Shown: positions 51,801 to 62,152 of the stretch, one piece after another
How the letters are laid out: each line of letters begins with the position of its first letter
Numbering within the stretch: the stretch's first letter is position 1
Source of the DNA: Yuukianura sp. NJ FZ-2021
Lineage: Eukaryota
Assembly (NCBI GenBank): GCA_046563655.1
Contig: CM102283.1
Span: forward strand, 6,386,001-6,450,000
DNA: 64,000 nt
Direction: 5' to 3'
Notes under the pieces: model-generated
Databases searched by the model: none
The model's input: only the letters and a program-made list of their open reading frames with translations
Told to the model about the DNA's origin: nothing
Translations under genes and position numbers: made by a program

Positions 51801-53732
51801 GCGACTTGGTTTTGTTTTCAAGTGACTCGATTTTTTCGAATTTGTTTTCAAGCTTATTTTTCTCCAGATTTCGTTTTCGTCAATTCGATTTTTTAGGTGA
51901 GCTGATTTTTTTTAAACATATTTTCATGCGAGCCAATTTTTTTAAATATTGGTTTCGAGTGACTAGATTTGTCCCAAGTTCAAAACGATTTTCCGCTCCA
52001 AGTGATTTATGGTTCACATTAAGCTTAAATCTCTATTTTGATTCATCTGACAAGTTCAAATTGATGTCATTTTGGAGTTGCGCACAAACAATTGAATTGC
52101 GTAAGTTTTTTGTGCACCAGAGGGAGTAAGTACTATGGTTTATTGTTGATTGTGCAATAACTAATTCAGACTATCCATCAGTTTCCCAATTACGAGTTAA
52201 ATAGGAAGTGTCAAGGATCTATTAAGGGTTGTGCACTTGGTCCTTCCTCGGAGACTTATAAGGCAAAGAGAAATTTAACTTTTTGCAAAAGAAACGACTT
52301 TTGTCGTGTGGGCGCGGACTTGAAGGAACAAACTTTCCAATTCGCAATTCTGCAAACTACCAAAGTGCAAAAACGTCTTCATCTTCTTAGGAATGCCGAA
52401 ACCAGTAGAGACCATACGATCATCCCACGCATCATCACCACAATTCACATCCGGATTCAATCATCACATCATCTTCCAGAAAAGTATTCATGAGAACTTG
52501 AATTTAAGTATGCCTCAAGTACTTTTTAAGAAAAACCACAACGTTACGTCATTTTCAGCCACTGCGCATGACGTAACACCTTGAGCATTCTTCTGCGCAG
52601 GAGACAAAATCATTCAATTCTGTTGCACATGAAACAAAATCACACGGATCTACCGCCCATGAAACAAAAGTCGGTGCTCCTGCTGTGCAACAAACAAAAG
52701 CAGGGCAAAAAATTGTCCTTCTAGGTGTAAAAATACTTTTGTGCCCAAAATTTTACTTTTCGGCACAAAAATCCTGCTTTTGAGCACAAAATTTTTCTTT
52801 TCAGCGTAAAAATCTTGTTTTTCAGCACAATATTTATCTTTTCAACGCAAAAATTCTGCTTTTGATCACAAAATTTTAGTTTTCAGCACAAAAATTCTAC
52901 TTTTGAGCACAAATCGTACTGACCTGTGCACTGGAGTCCATTTCCTTGGTAGCCTTCGTTGCAAGTACACTTGTAGCTACCAATGGTATTTGTGCAGTGG
53001 GCAAAGACATCGCATACCCCAAGGGAACATTCGTTGAGGTCACGCAGTTCACAGCCCTTCGCTCCAAATCCATCGTCACAGTGACACTGCGATGCCAGGC
53101 ATGCGCCATTTTGACACTTTTTGCCCGTTGCTCTCAAACAGTCATCTAGAATCAAATACCATAAAAATTTCAATAAGTTATAAACAAAAGACTAATTTAT
53201 GTTTTGAAATTAGGGGCTCAATTTGCGTGGGTGACAGTCCTGAAGAAACAGTTATGAACGGGGGAGGCTGTAACGCCTTAAATGGAATCAAGGTTCAATG
53301 CTATCTGCACTTTTACATCCAAGGAACAAAGTTTAGTTCGTTAGTTTTTTCTTACACTGTACGACCAAGTTAGGCTAATCCCTGAACAAAATGGTACAAT
53401 CTAGATTTGGACCAAATGCCTTGTAGGCATAATTACAAGTTGAGCCAATACCATTGTTTTACTGAATTTTGATTAAAAACGACTTCCTTGTCCAACCTAA
53501 CCTAAAAAAAATCAAAGTTTCAACAAAATTTAAACTCACCGGTACACTTGAGTTGTTGATGAAGCTCGTCTGAACCTTTGAAACACTGCGCACGCCCATC
53601 ACAGAGTTTGGACAGCTTGAATACTTTGAGTACATCTGACGAAGCGTTGACTTGGCATGCAAAGTAACCATTTTCCAGATTCAGCAAAAATAACTCCCCC
53701 TGCGTCAGTCTTACATTTTCAGTCTTAATCTG
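6721..53732 (-). CDS. dpy: Dumpy-like giant apical extracellular matrix protein (EGF + DPY repeats, ZP domain, TM); many exons; start/signal-peptide exon not identified
   Basis: Exon ~53540-53732 ([18 protein letters not shown]...LSKLCDG..C..GSDEL...LKCT) and the next EGF exons ([40 protein letters not shown]) match the dumpy N-terminus as I recall it. Dozens of CxPSPCG...CRPEC...C...ACxxxxCxDPCPG modules follow; the C-terminus has ZP, RRRKR, TM and [11 protein letters not shown]. Confidence 0.92.
11733..11848 (-). mobile_element. Dumpy intron-element family member (partial)
   Basis: Whole GT-AG intron containing aaattattt.ctca..cagcccggtattaaaaagttttaaata; CAGGTTT is repeated across both junctions. 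Confidence 0.65.
13200..13610. repeat. Two blocks of a 21-bp tandem repeat (ggacagtttctgcacagttct)
   Basis: Directly visible at ~13200-13320 and ~13460-13610. Confidence 0.9.
13625..14355. repeat. ~60-bp minisatellite, about 12 copies
   Basis: Unit ttttcctactaaatttttaacttttttggaatttggaattatgctatttagaaagagtga repeated head-to-tail. Confidence 0.92.
16420..18498 (-). mobile_element. Long (2079 bp) member of the dumpy intron-element family carrying a ZnF/GIY-YIG-like gene; candidate master copy
   Basis: Single GT-AG intron splitting the Glu codon of CRPG|EC. Ends 16420-16545 and 18375-18498 match the short family members; inverted arms 16501-16510 and 18407-18416 enclose the coding cassette. 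Confidence 0.8.
16614..18226 (-). CDS. Nested 5-exon gene: acidic N-terminus, two C2H2-type zinc fingers, GIY-YIG-like nuclease domain; in-frame TGA at 16875-16877 (337 aa to that stop, 424 aa if read through). Exons 18226-18137, 18046-17957, 17883-17678, 17577-17422, 17346-16614
   Basis: Four GTAAGT..AG introns with compatible phases (0,0,2,2) give one frame. Exon 3 has YCCNAVEC-x15-HVIYQH; exon 4 has the canonical [24 protein letters not shown]; exon 5 has QVYFVL-x-KWYVGR...SRHH...ACEIFY...EILNRQ, the order of GIY-YIG Y/YxG/R-H/E/N residues. Confidence 0.75.
19854..19941 (-). mobile_element. Dumpy intron-element family member (acceptor half; donor = CCCCG|GTATTAC)
   Basis: Nearly identical to 16430-16507; whole intron in the Glu codon of CRPEC. 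Confidence 0.8.
20963..21177 (-). mobile_element. Dumpy intron-element family member (full short form)
   Basis: Both inverted arms present; donor end nearly identical to 18378-18498. Confidence 0.85.
22544..22766 (-). mobile_element. Dumpy intron-element family member (full short form)
   Basis: taataccgg...ccggtatta hairpin core; splits a Cys codon (TG|C). Confidence 0.85.
25387..25471 (-). mobile_element. Dumpy intron-element family member (core deleted)
   Basis: gatgtttatataaaagacaaattataatattt fused to tataactatcgcacaatttaaaatagaataagaa. Confidence 0.75.
27753..27828 (-). mobile_element. Dumpy intron-element family member (donor half)
   Basis: aataattaaaatata...ttagttataactatcgcataatttaaaa; absent at the equivalent site in the sister repeats at ~30120 and ~32482. 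Confidence 0.75.
33226..33310 (-). mobile_element. Dumpy intron-element family member (acceptor half)
   Basis: Matches 19854-19941; the preceding exon ends TGCCACCCCG, identical to the element core. Confidence 0.8.
33770..33822. repeat. (TAA)n microsatellite in an intron
   Basis: Direct trinucleotide run. Confidence 0.85.
34727..34951 (-). mobile_element. Dumpy intron-element family member (full short form)
   Basis: Perfect arms taataccgggg / ccccggtatta; closely similar to 22544-22766 and 41893-42126. Confidence 0.85.
35918..35995 (-). mobile_element. Dumpy intron-element family member (core deleted)
   Basis: tacttaaacttcaatt fused to taaaatagaagaagaaaataacattac. Confidence 0.65.
36398..36497 (-). 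mobile_element. Dumpy intron-element family member (acceptor half) in the CLPG|FTGDP motif
   Basis: tatataatgtcaaa..tctttactaaaacg..aacattgtaatac. Confidence 0.6.
36988..37090 (-). mobile_element. Dumpy intron-element family member (donor half), phase 0 in CPPT|FTGDP
   Basis: ggcatta.aaagtt.taaataattaaaatatagaaatttt...gcataatttaaaacagaataagaaatatta. Confidence 0.7.
37832..38087 (-). mobile_element. Dumpy intron-element family member retaining the 3' end of the internal cassette
   Basis: taataccgggggtggcaattcgagt followed by aaaccccttaa.gtgta..gccttt..cttcaa..tgtcactttcag, as at 16553-16636; 10-bp direct repeat at the junctions. Confidence 0.75.
38336..38562 (-). mobile_element. Dumpy intron-element family member (full short form, diverged arms)
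   Basis: All three family blocks present; sits in YTG|DP. Confidence 0.8.
39108..39266 (-). mobile_element. Dumpy intron-element family member between two copies of a duplicated exon segment
   Basis: acatagatgttaatataacgac...ggggtggcacttcgag...ggcattaaaaagttttaaataattaaaatatagaaatt. Confidence 0.75.
40356..40438 (-). mobile_element. Dumpy intron-element family member (acceptor half)
   Basis: acatagatgtttatataac...tttactaaaacatcaattaaaatt...tgtaatac. Confidence 0.75.
41193..41410 (-). mobile_element. Dumpy intron-element family member (full short form)
   Basis: ataccggggtggcaatt...tatttgctcacaacccggtattaaaaagttttaaataatt. Confidence 0.85.
41893..42126 (-). mobile_element. Dumpy intron-element family member (full short form)
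   Basis: taccgggg...ccccggtatta arms; donor end nearly identical to the 34727-34951 copy. Confidence 0.8.
42501..42639 (-). mobile_element. Dumpy intron-element family member in CQPG|FTGDP
   Basis: caattaaaatgaaaaca..ttgtaataccggg.ttgcaattcaagtgaaaaa...aaaatatagaaattac. Confidence 0.7.
42774..42878 (-). mobile_element. Dumpy intron-element family member (core deleted)
   Basis: cgtttatataacgacaaa...tcaactaaattgaaaacatt...agaacaagacatgttacattac. Confidence 0.7.
44299..44376 (-). mobile_element. Probable degenerate family member (donor motif duplicated)
   Basis: taaaataga(a)taagaa.tatta occurs twice; same TG|T position as other members. Confidence 0.5.
44640..44845 (-). mobile_element. Dumpy intron-element family member with a diverged internal-cassette remnant
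   Basis: ataacgacaaataaaat...cggggtggcaatt followed by taaaagcctcttta..tgaggaaaggtcttt, resembling 16550-16590. Confidence 0.7.
44989..45062 (-). mobile_element. Dumpy intron-element family member lacking its usual GTATTAG donor
   Basis: tacatgtttatataacgtcaaattataatat.acttaaacttcaattcaaattaaaacatt, nearly identical to 46572-46634. Confidence 0.7.
45644..45860 (-). mobile_element. Dumpy intron-element family member (full short form)
   Basis: taatagcggggtggcaattcgag...gctcacagcccggtatta...atcgcatagtttaaaatagaataagaa. Confidence 0.85.
46555..46793 (-). mobile_element. Dumpy intron-element family member (full short form)
   Basis: All family blocks present; arms agaccg / cggttt. Confidence 0.8.
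52730..52914. repeat. Degenerate ~20-21-bp tandem repeat in a dumpy intron
   Basis: Recurring tttt(c/g)agcacaaaa(a)tt units. Confidence 0.7.
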
Positions 53733-56700
53733 CTGAAATTCAAAAACAAAAATCCAAATTTCAAAAAAGGAAGGAATTCCTCTCCCAGTTTTTCAAACAA
53801 AAAGGCCACCGTGAACGTGAAGTTTATTTGATACGTTTAAAGCGTTCAAATGAGCATCAATCACTTGTCAACAGTTTCAGGACTATCAATAGGTTCAATT
53901 AATCATCAATCGGTTTGTAATTAGCAATTGAAATTAGTTTTCAATTAAGCAGAGGCAATCATCAAGGTCGTTCGTGCCTAAGGACAAGGTAGCTCTCTCA
54001 ACATATCCGGGAACTTTCAAAATTAGAGTAACTTTAAATTTTAAATTAGAAGTATGACTAACTTCCTAAATTCAAAATTTCAAAATTATGAAGTCAAATT
54101 CTAAAATTCTTCTGAGAGTCTGAGCCTTACAACCTTGCTGAAATTGGTCAACTAATGTTAAGCTATGTTTAAGTAGGCGGATAGTTTATTGAGAGGTGAG
54201 TGGGACACTGATTGATTGATAGGTGACGACTTAAGTTTAAATCACGCATGCCCAAGTGCCCCCCTGCAATTTGACTCCAAGGTCACAGGGGGGACTTGAC
54301 TTGACTGGGTTAACTTACGCTTGTGGTGCCTTTTGCAAGGACTGCAGCAATGACTAGGAGGATCGGCAGGGCTCTGCGGTCCTTCCACACTGATTCGGGC
54401 GACATTCCTCCGCCCCTCCGACCTGCAATTGCAATTCAAAGCAAACATTCAATTTCACATCAACATCAACGATCAGCCTTTTTTAAAATTTGAATTTTGC
54501 CGCGTCATTTCTTCATTTCAAAGAACCGCCCTCCACCTACTAAAGTCAACTTTAAACTACCTTGAGTTTTAGTAAATAAGGAAACTAATTAGTACAACAC
54601 TCGTCGTAAATCATACACTACCGACTTGTCCAAACAACTCGGACACTCTCGGTCTTGCAAAATATGAAAAATGTGAAAAGCAACTTGCTAAATTTGTTGT
54701 AACATCAATTTTTCAAAATTTCAAAAAAAATTCTTCAAAAACATTTCATGGGTTTGGTCTGGGGGTTGGAAGCTTGTGGATCCGTGTCCTGCCAAAAGAA
54801 GTGTGAAGAGGCAATAAGTCATTTTCGCAAATTTAATTTTTTGCAAATTTTTTGCAACTTGAAGTTGCACTTGTTAATTAAATTGCTTGTGGGCCATTAA
54901 GGGATTAGCATAAGGACATGGAGGGTGTCCAAAAGGCAGAGATACATTACAAGTTTACAACGTTTATTTGCACAAGCGTCGCTACTTGACTCAACTTCTT
55001 GTATTTTGCATCTTGCTCTGTGATCCTTAAACCTTGAATCCAATTCCCCCTTGCTACACTTAACTCTAATTATTATTATAAATTATATTTTATATTATAA
55101 TATTTCATTTTTATTATTATACCCCTCATTGCTTCTCCTCTCCTTCAGGATCTGAAATTGTCATTACTGCGTCTGTGTAATCCTAACAATATTTGGCAGT
55201 GTACGACCACACCCACCCACGCACTTGCGCAGAAGTGGCCCAAAAATGGCAAGGGCATTGATGCCCTTCCGCTGTAGTTGTAGCAGTTTAGTACTTGCAA
55301 AAAACTTTGTTTGGAAAATGTTACGTTTGCAAAAATGTTTGCAATTTGCAAAATCTGTCACGTCCCTCCACTCAAGACCTCTTCCTTACCTTTAGCCCTT
55401 AGCTCTAGCACTTCAAGGCTCTTTTTGAAATGAAATGGAAAGTGGACTCGTAATGTTGGTTATGCTTCCCTTGTTCTCATTTGGCTTACAGCATTAGGGA
55501 AGACACAAATACTAAAACCTCTTTTCTTAATTTACAATTATGCTACTGCCAAATTATGCCAACTTTTTCAATTAGACTCGTAGCGGAGGTCAGGGGTCAA
55601 GTCAAATTGGAAAAAAATTAGAACAAAATATGCCGAAAAGAATACATCTCAGAAATTATACAATGCAAAAAATTGAGAAATCAGGAGGAAATTCTCACAA
55701 AAACTCAAAAGAACAAAGGAAACGCCGTTTGTTAATTTCAATTTTCCCAATACGTTTTTTTGTAAAACGTTTTGAATTTGAAATTGATTGAAATTTCATT
55801 CAAATGAATTTCTTTCGTTTTTTTTTCTTGCATGAAACTTACAAATTTTGAAATTTCTTAAAAATTGTGAGTGAGTGACCTGAAAATGTGTCACTTGCAA
55901 ATTTTACGCAGAAGGTGTAATGTGATCTCATTCTTAGCTAATATGGACAAAACCAAGTTTGATGTCTCGAAACTTCAATTTGGATGTTGGAGGAATGGAC
56001 TCCCTTGTTTTGCCAAAAACCAAAAAAGTTGACAAGGTCATCCGGTTCAGTTCTTCGTTTTTTGGTTTTGCAAAAAAGGTAGTCTGCAAAATATCCCTAA
56101 TTTGCGAAATTCAGAATAGCGGAACGGAGGGTTCTGCAGATGAACACCTTTTTGCATGTTTAACTGGATCCAGAGAATTACAAAGGAAAAGATCTTAACT
56201 CTTTTTTTTGCAATATTTTTGCAAATGTTTGCAGAAAATGGACTCATGACTTCCACCCTTTCAAATTTCGAAAAACTAACTTAAAAAGTAAACAATCACT
56301 TTCCTTCTATTGTCAATTTGGCCCAGGGTTGACAGGGGCCTGATAAAGATCTCACTTGCAAAATTGCATTTTGCAGTTTGTGTATGCAAACAATTGCAAC
56401 TTTTGATCTCGTCTCCTTCTAGCTACTCTGAGTCGTGAAAAGGAAGTTGAGCTACCGGTTTTTCCAATTGATGCAATTTCCAATTTGCAATACTTATCAA
56501 GTTCAAAATTTTGAAACTGACAACTACTATTTGTTCTTTTGTTTTCCTCCTGACAGGCAATTTTTTCCTTACACGGCACGCATGATTCGATTCGCCCAAT
56601 ATTGCCAATTTTTAAGACCGAAGGTAAATCATGAGAGCTTTACCATATTTTGAACAAAAAATTGCAAATAATGCAACATGCACGGTTCGTACTTGAAAAA

Positions 56701-59327
56701 AAGGCATTGTTTTCAAAGTGATTCCTGTCTAACTTGTGTGTGGGTGAAGATAAGCGAGGGTGATGGACTTTTGTAGCACCAAGCATAGCGCCACATCGCA
56801 TCATTGTTTAAAGGAAACCTTAAGAAATACGACCACGCCCATCATCAAATTTCTTCCCTGTTGGAAACGTCTTGTCCAAAAACCGTGGCAAATTTTGAAA
56901 AAAAAAACTTCGAACAAAAAATCAAAAGGAAAAACAGAAACATTGGACTACTAAAATATTTTTGGGAGCAGAAGATCACGAATTTGGAGCAGATCGCCTC
57001 TTTGAGCCGGGAAAAGTTTTGCACATGCGTAATGTCCAAAGCGGTCAAGATTCATGCACAGCGAATTTTTAGAGTCATGCGCAGAAGGAAAAAAGTGGCC
57101 CTTGAAGGACTAAAATAAGGAAAAGTTAAGCGTGAAAGTGAGTGTGCCAATCTGACATCCAAGTGTGAGAGATACTTGAAAAGTGCAAAAATGAAAAGCT
57201 GTGAAGCTGTAGGCTCTGGGTTTGAAAGGTTGCAGAAATTTTGCAAGTGCATAGGAAATAGACATACACAGAAGTGTGTAACTCTGAATTACAGAGCCGT
57301 GTAATGTGTGTATTCCGTCGAAGATGGCAGAGGGATGATTAGGAAATGGAGGGGAAGAGCAGGGTCTTAAAGTGCTTCGGAAGGGGAACAACAATAGGCC
57401 AATTGTTACTCCAATTTCCGCCCTTTCTTGCTTCAGTTCATAAAATTCCCCCGGGGGGAAATGGGAACATATTCAAACAAAATCAAATTCAAATGTTCCC
57501 TCTCTTTTCCATCTTCAAACAATTCCGCCAATCAAATCAATCTTCCTATTTTTAAATCTATCATTTTCATCTGTCAACCCCCACGAAACCTGTTTCAAAG
57601 AGAGCAATAAACTAAACAAAATCAGAAACAACTTTGCAACTAATCGTTGTTTACACAATTCACTTACTAAATGATTCTAAATAGCATATTAGCTCCAATA
57701 ACATTTTCGCACTGAAAAACAAGCCTTGTAATAATATCGTTTACACATTTTAAAATTTTGAATAGTTTGCAAAAGAACTGAGACTTTGTTCACAAAAATT
57801 TGAATACTTTGAAAACTTGAACAAAGTTGAATCTGGGAGTGTGTTGTAAAAATTTGAATTGAGTATACAACTTTTTGCAGTATGGTAGGTTGACTTTTTT
57901 GAAATTTTGTAAAGTTTGAAAACTTAAGATGAAGATTGATGAGCTAGCTAACAGTAATTTGAAAAGATGCCGATGCGCAGAGTGAATTTAGTAGTTTAAT
58001 TACCTCCAGGATTGAAGCTGAGAAAAACCATAATTTCATAATCCAACTGAAGATCTCAAGTACTATACGAAAGTAATTTGGCACCAATTAATTTTTGACG
58101 CTTCCCACAAAGCGTCTGACACTTTTCGAAACTTATCTTCACACTTTTTGAATGATGGGGTTACAGACCCTACCAGGGGGATGAAATTACACCGCCAAAA
58201 GTTAATTGCTCAAAGTTATCAACTTAAATCAACTTTACATTTTAAAAATTTAGTATTCCTTTTAATTTTAGAACTTCACTTGAAAAAGTCGGGGGATGAG
58301 GGATGAAGGGAAGTTAAAAATTGTTTTTGTTTCAAAAACTAAAAGTTTTGTACACTAAAACATGCACTTGAAACCGTAATTTTGTGAGTAATTGTTGGTG
58401 GTTGTTGGAGCGTTGCTGGTTCCACAACCGCCGTGCGAATGTTTGTGGTGCTGACTGAAAGTGAGGTTGGAATTTAGAAAGGAAGATACTTGTTCGTAGG
58501 GATGATCCACCTTTGCCAATAATCCCACAAGAGACCATCAACAATTGAGCAACAATCACTCTCGCTCTCTAACCCCCACCACCACAAACATCAACCACAA
58601 AAGTACAGATGACTTGCGCAGTGGGCAGTAAATGACCAAAGGTGACTAGAAATTAATTAAACACCACAAGAACAACCAGCAATCCACAAAACTGTCAACA
58701 GCTATAAGGGGTCAAGGGGGTTGGTCACTTGAGGGGGATGAAATTTCAACCCCCCTTCTGTTTTCTATAAATAAAATTCAGAATTCACACACCAAAAATT
58801 TTTGTATGAAGAAAAATCCACCAAAGTTGAATGTTTTTCATTTTTTTACTGTTTCTGCTGAAAATTTTTAGTTTCGGTTGTACTATTCACAGAACTTCAA
58901 ACCTGTTTGAGATTAACAAGAAATTATAAAACCTGCGTGAATATTTTTAGTTAGAAAATGTATTTCATCAAAATTCAACAATATTTCTTTAAAATCTATT
59001 TTAAGCGAGTTCCTAAGGTCATTTCTAGTAATTTACATTTAGGAGTGCCACCTAGTGAGTGCGTTACAATTTGGACGCAATAAATGGTTTGAAAATCCTA
59101 AGTTAGCTTTTGTTAATTGTGATTTTAGCAGTCGTGTGGGAGGTGACATTTTGAACAATAGAAGTTTTTATTAAACTAACAATCGAGATAATTAAGGCAC
59201 TTAAACATAGTTAATTCCTTTTCAGAATTTGAATGCTTAGAAACTGACCTACTTTTTATTTCTTTTTAACAAGTGAATGACCAAGCAGAAATTCAGTTTT
59301 GCTTCATTTGTTTAACTGATTGTGAAC

Positions 59328-61739
59328 ATGAATTCTTTCAAGTTCAAAATTTTGTCTTTGTCTATCAAATTATTTTTTGCAGTAACGTTTTTGTCAGGAG
59401 CGGAGTCTGTAACTCCTTCGCCTGATGATGAGCCAGGACTCGAATTCTGTGAAGGCCAGCAATACAGACATGCTGGACTACACGATTGTCCATCAGGAAT
59501 CACTTTTGGCATTGAGACTCCGCCACCTTGCATCTGTATAAGAGGAATGTAAGTCATTTACAATTCAAAAGTAAAGGTCAATGCCTATTAGGCTGAAAAG
59601 TGGAGGTCAATGACCTTTGCTGGGCAATGTGACCTTCAAGGCGAAAAGTCACAAGAACTATGAATGTAACAGGAATTGCTAGATAAAAGTGTAGGTCAAT
59701 GACCTTTGACCTGAGGCGGGTTAATTTTTTAAATTTTGTAATCCTAAAAAAATTTAAAACTGCTAAAATTTTGCAATTTGAGATTCCGGGCTCACATGGA
59801 TAACTGTGAAGTGACAGATGGATTTGCCAAGGACGTTTGTATGTTCCCTTATGAAAAACTACCGGGTCACACCGAAAAGAATCCAAAGATCAACCGAGTT
59901 CGCGCCGTTGAGTTCCTGGCTGAACCGGATTGGGACTACACTCATGCCGTTCTGGAAGGACCTGATGGGAAATGGTCCATTTTGACTGACGGCGTGCGTG
60001 ACACTCCGAACGAGATGACGCTAAAATCTGATTCGTTCTACATGATCAACGGCAAGGCTTTCATTTCCAAGAAAACAACGTCGGGCAAACCGGTATCAAT
60101 TTGTATCGAGCCGTCCGATGAACCGCTCAACGGTACCAAAGTGAACAAGGTCAAAAAATCAACCAATCAGAAGCTTTGGACCGCCGAGGAAGTGAACCTG
60201 TCGGTACGCAGGCCCAAAATGTGTTGGTACGAAAATGGGGACATGGACAAATTGACACCCGAACCAGGCCTCAGACCATTGATGCCCAGAAACGGTACGG
60301 AATTTCAAATTTTGTATTTCCCGCTCCCAATTATTTCAAATTTTGATCCAATTCGGCATTTTTTTTTTTTTGAAAATTGAAAGATGAGTGTTCGGCTTCG
60401 TGCGTTCGTGAAGGCCGTGTCAAAAATCCAGTGTGGCCAAACTGTCCCGATGCCGTTCAGAGAGTCCAATGGGACAATGAGTTCTTGGAGCGACAGCTTA
60501 AGCAGTACATTGTCCAGAGTCAGATCAAGGGAAAGCCAAAGATGGAACCCGGAGAGCCTATTCGCACAATGGAGCTGTTTCAAATCATGGTTAAGATCAC
60601 TACAAACTTCTGTCCGGAACCATTCGTGAAGTACGAGTGGCTGATGTGGATGGCTGATCTGTTCTACCTTCTTCACAAAGGAAATCGCTACAGATACCCA
60701 GAGACCATCACCGAAGAAGATTTCAAGGTCACTAAGGAAATTCTGGAAGAGTGTTTGGGCAAGGAGCGTCAAGTGAACTTGACAAACTTTGTAGACGGAA
60801 TGGTCAAGGACAAACGCTGTCAGCGGAACGACATTGGACCGGCAGTGGGATACTGTAAAAAGGAAGACTACAACTGTCTCAAACCGATACTGATCGATCC
60901 GATCAATGAGAAAATGGAACACCGAATTCGGGAGAAGCAATACGTTCCGGAAGTGGCTTGGAATATTTTGGATGCAACGCAAGCCATTTGCTTTAGGGAA
61001 TTCAATGCATCCTATAGGATGTTCCATATGGTTCAACAACATGTGGAAAAGCTGTTTACTTATGAAATCAAAAATTTTTGGCAAGTTTTTGGAAAAAAAA
61101 GGAACTTTTTTTGTCTGAAATTTCAGACTTTGTTCATAATTAAGTTTTTGGTGCCGTGGCAGGTACCATCCACCGTCCAATCATATTGAGCGCCTCAAAA
61201 CAATGATTTCTGGCAAAGGCGCTGAAGAACGGATTGGAAATCTCGAAATCTGCACGGGATCAGGTATTTGCATATCATAAAGTAAAATTGCAAAGATTGT
61301 CAAAAAATCAATTTCTGTTTATGAAAAATTTAAGACAAATTTTTATTTTATATCAGCATACCACATTATCAATTCGGAAGCCGTTGGGAGATTTGGTCCG
61401 CATGTGACTTTCCTTCAACGTCTCAAGCGTCCGCCATTGCAAAATCATTTTAGACGTCGGCGGTAAACTTTTAGTAAAATTTGAAACCTTGAAACCTAAG
61501 CATTAGGCGTTCCATTCTGATTTTCGGAATTCAATTAATTTACATGACTTTTCTAAATTACTTGACATAATTTATCTAGATTAATTTAAATAGTTTTAAT
61601 TGATTTAAATAATTTTCATAGGTCAATTGGAGGAAACAAAGATTCAAGTGGCTATGATGCTGCAAATCCAAACGGAAGCATTGGCCAAGTAGCGGAAGTG
61701 TTTTGCCGTTTTACTCCGCCAGAAAATTGCCCGAGTTAA
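59328..61739 (+). CDS. Putative secreted Cys-containing protein of unknown family, multi-exon (internal boundaries approximate)
   Basis: Signal-peptide-like start MNSFKFKILSLSIKLFFAVTFLSGAES; long GC-richer ORFs 59778-60380 and 60377-61189; small downstream exons ending ...EVFCRFTPPENCPS*. Confidence 0.6.
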
Positions 61740-62152
61740 AAATATGACCAGCCATAATGAACTATAGAGAAATATAATATCTTGGTCAAAAAATATATGT
61801 GTGAATATATTATAATAAATAGGTCTGCTTCCATGGAAACGCGTTAGTGATTTTTAAATTTATATTTTTAAATTTGGCGTTGTTTTGAAAGTTTCTTGAG
61901 AAAAAGAATGTTGAATTTTGTTTTGGCAAGCAGAAGCAGCCACTACATTTGCAGGCCAGCTAAGCAGATTCAATTATTATCCAAAACAGCCTAGCTTTGA
62001 TAACGTTGACGCAAAATTAAAATCAGTTTGCAGTTTTAAACTTGTAACACGTAAGTTGCTTCATTTGTTTAAGAAGTTTACTCTAAAATTCAAAATTTTG
62101 GCATTACTTTTGTTTAATTCCTTTCGACTTAAGGGTTTAAACGCCATTTCAA

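Noticed and set aside
54000-59200. Short ORFs and candidate dumpy first exon
   Set aside because: No convincing signal peptide plus donor combination; treated as 5' intron or upstream regulatory DNA.
60305-61180. 291-aa minus-strand ORF
   Set aside because: Antisense shadow of the plus-strand exon 60377-61189.
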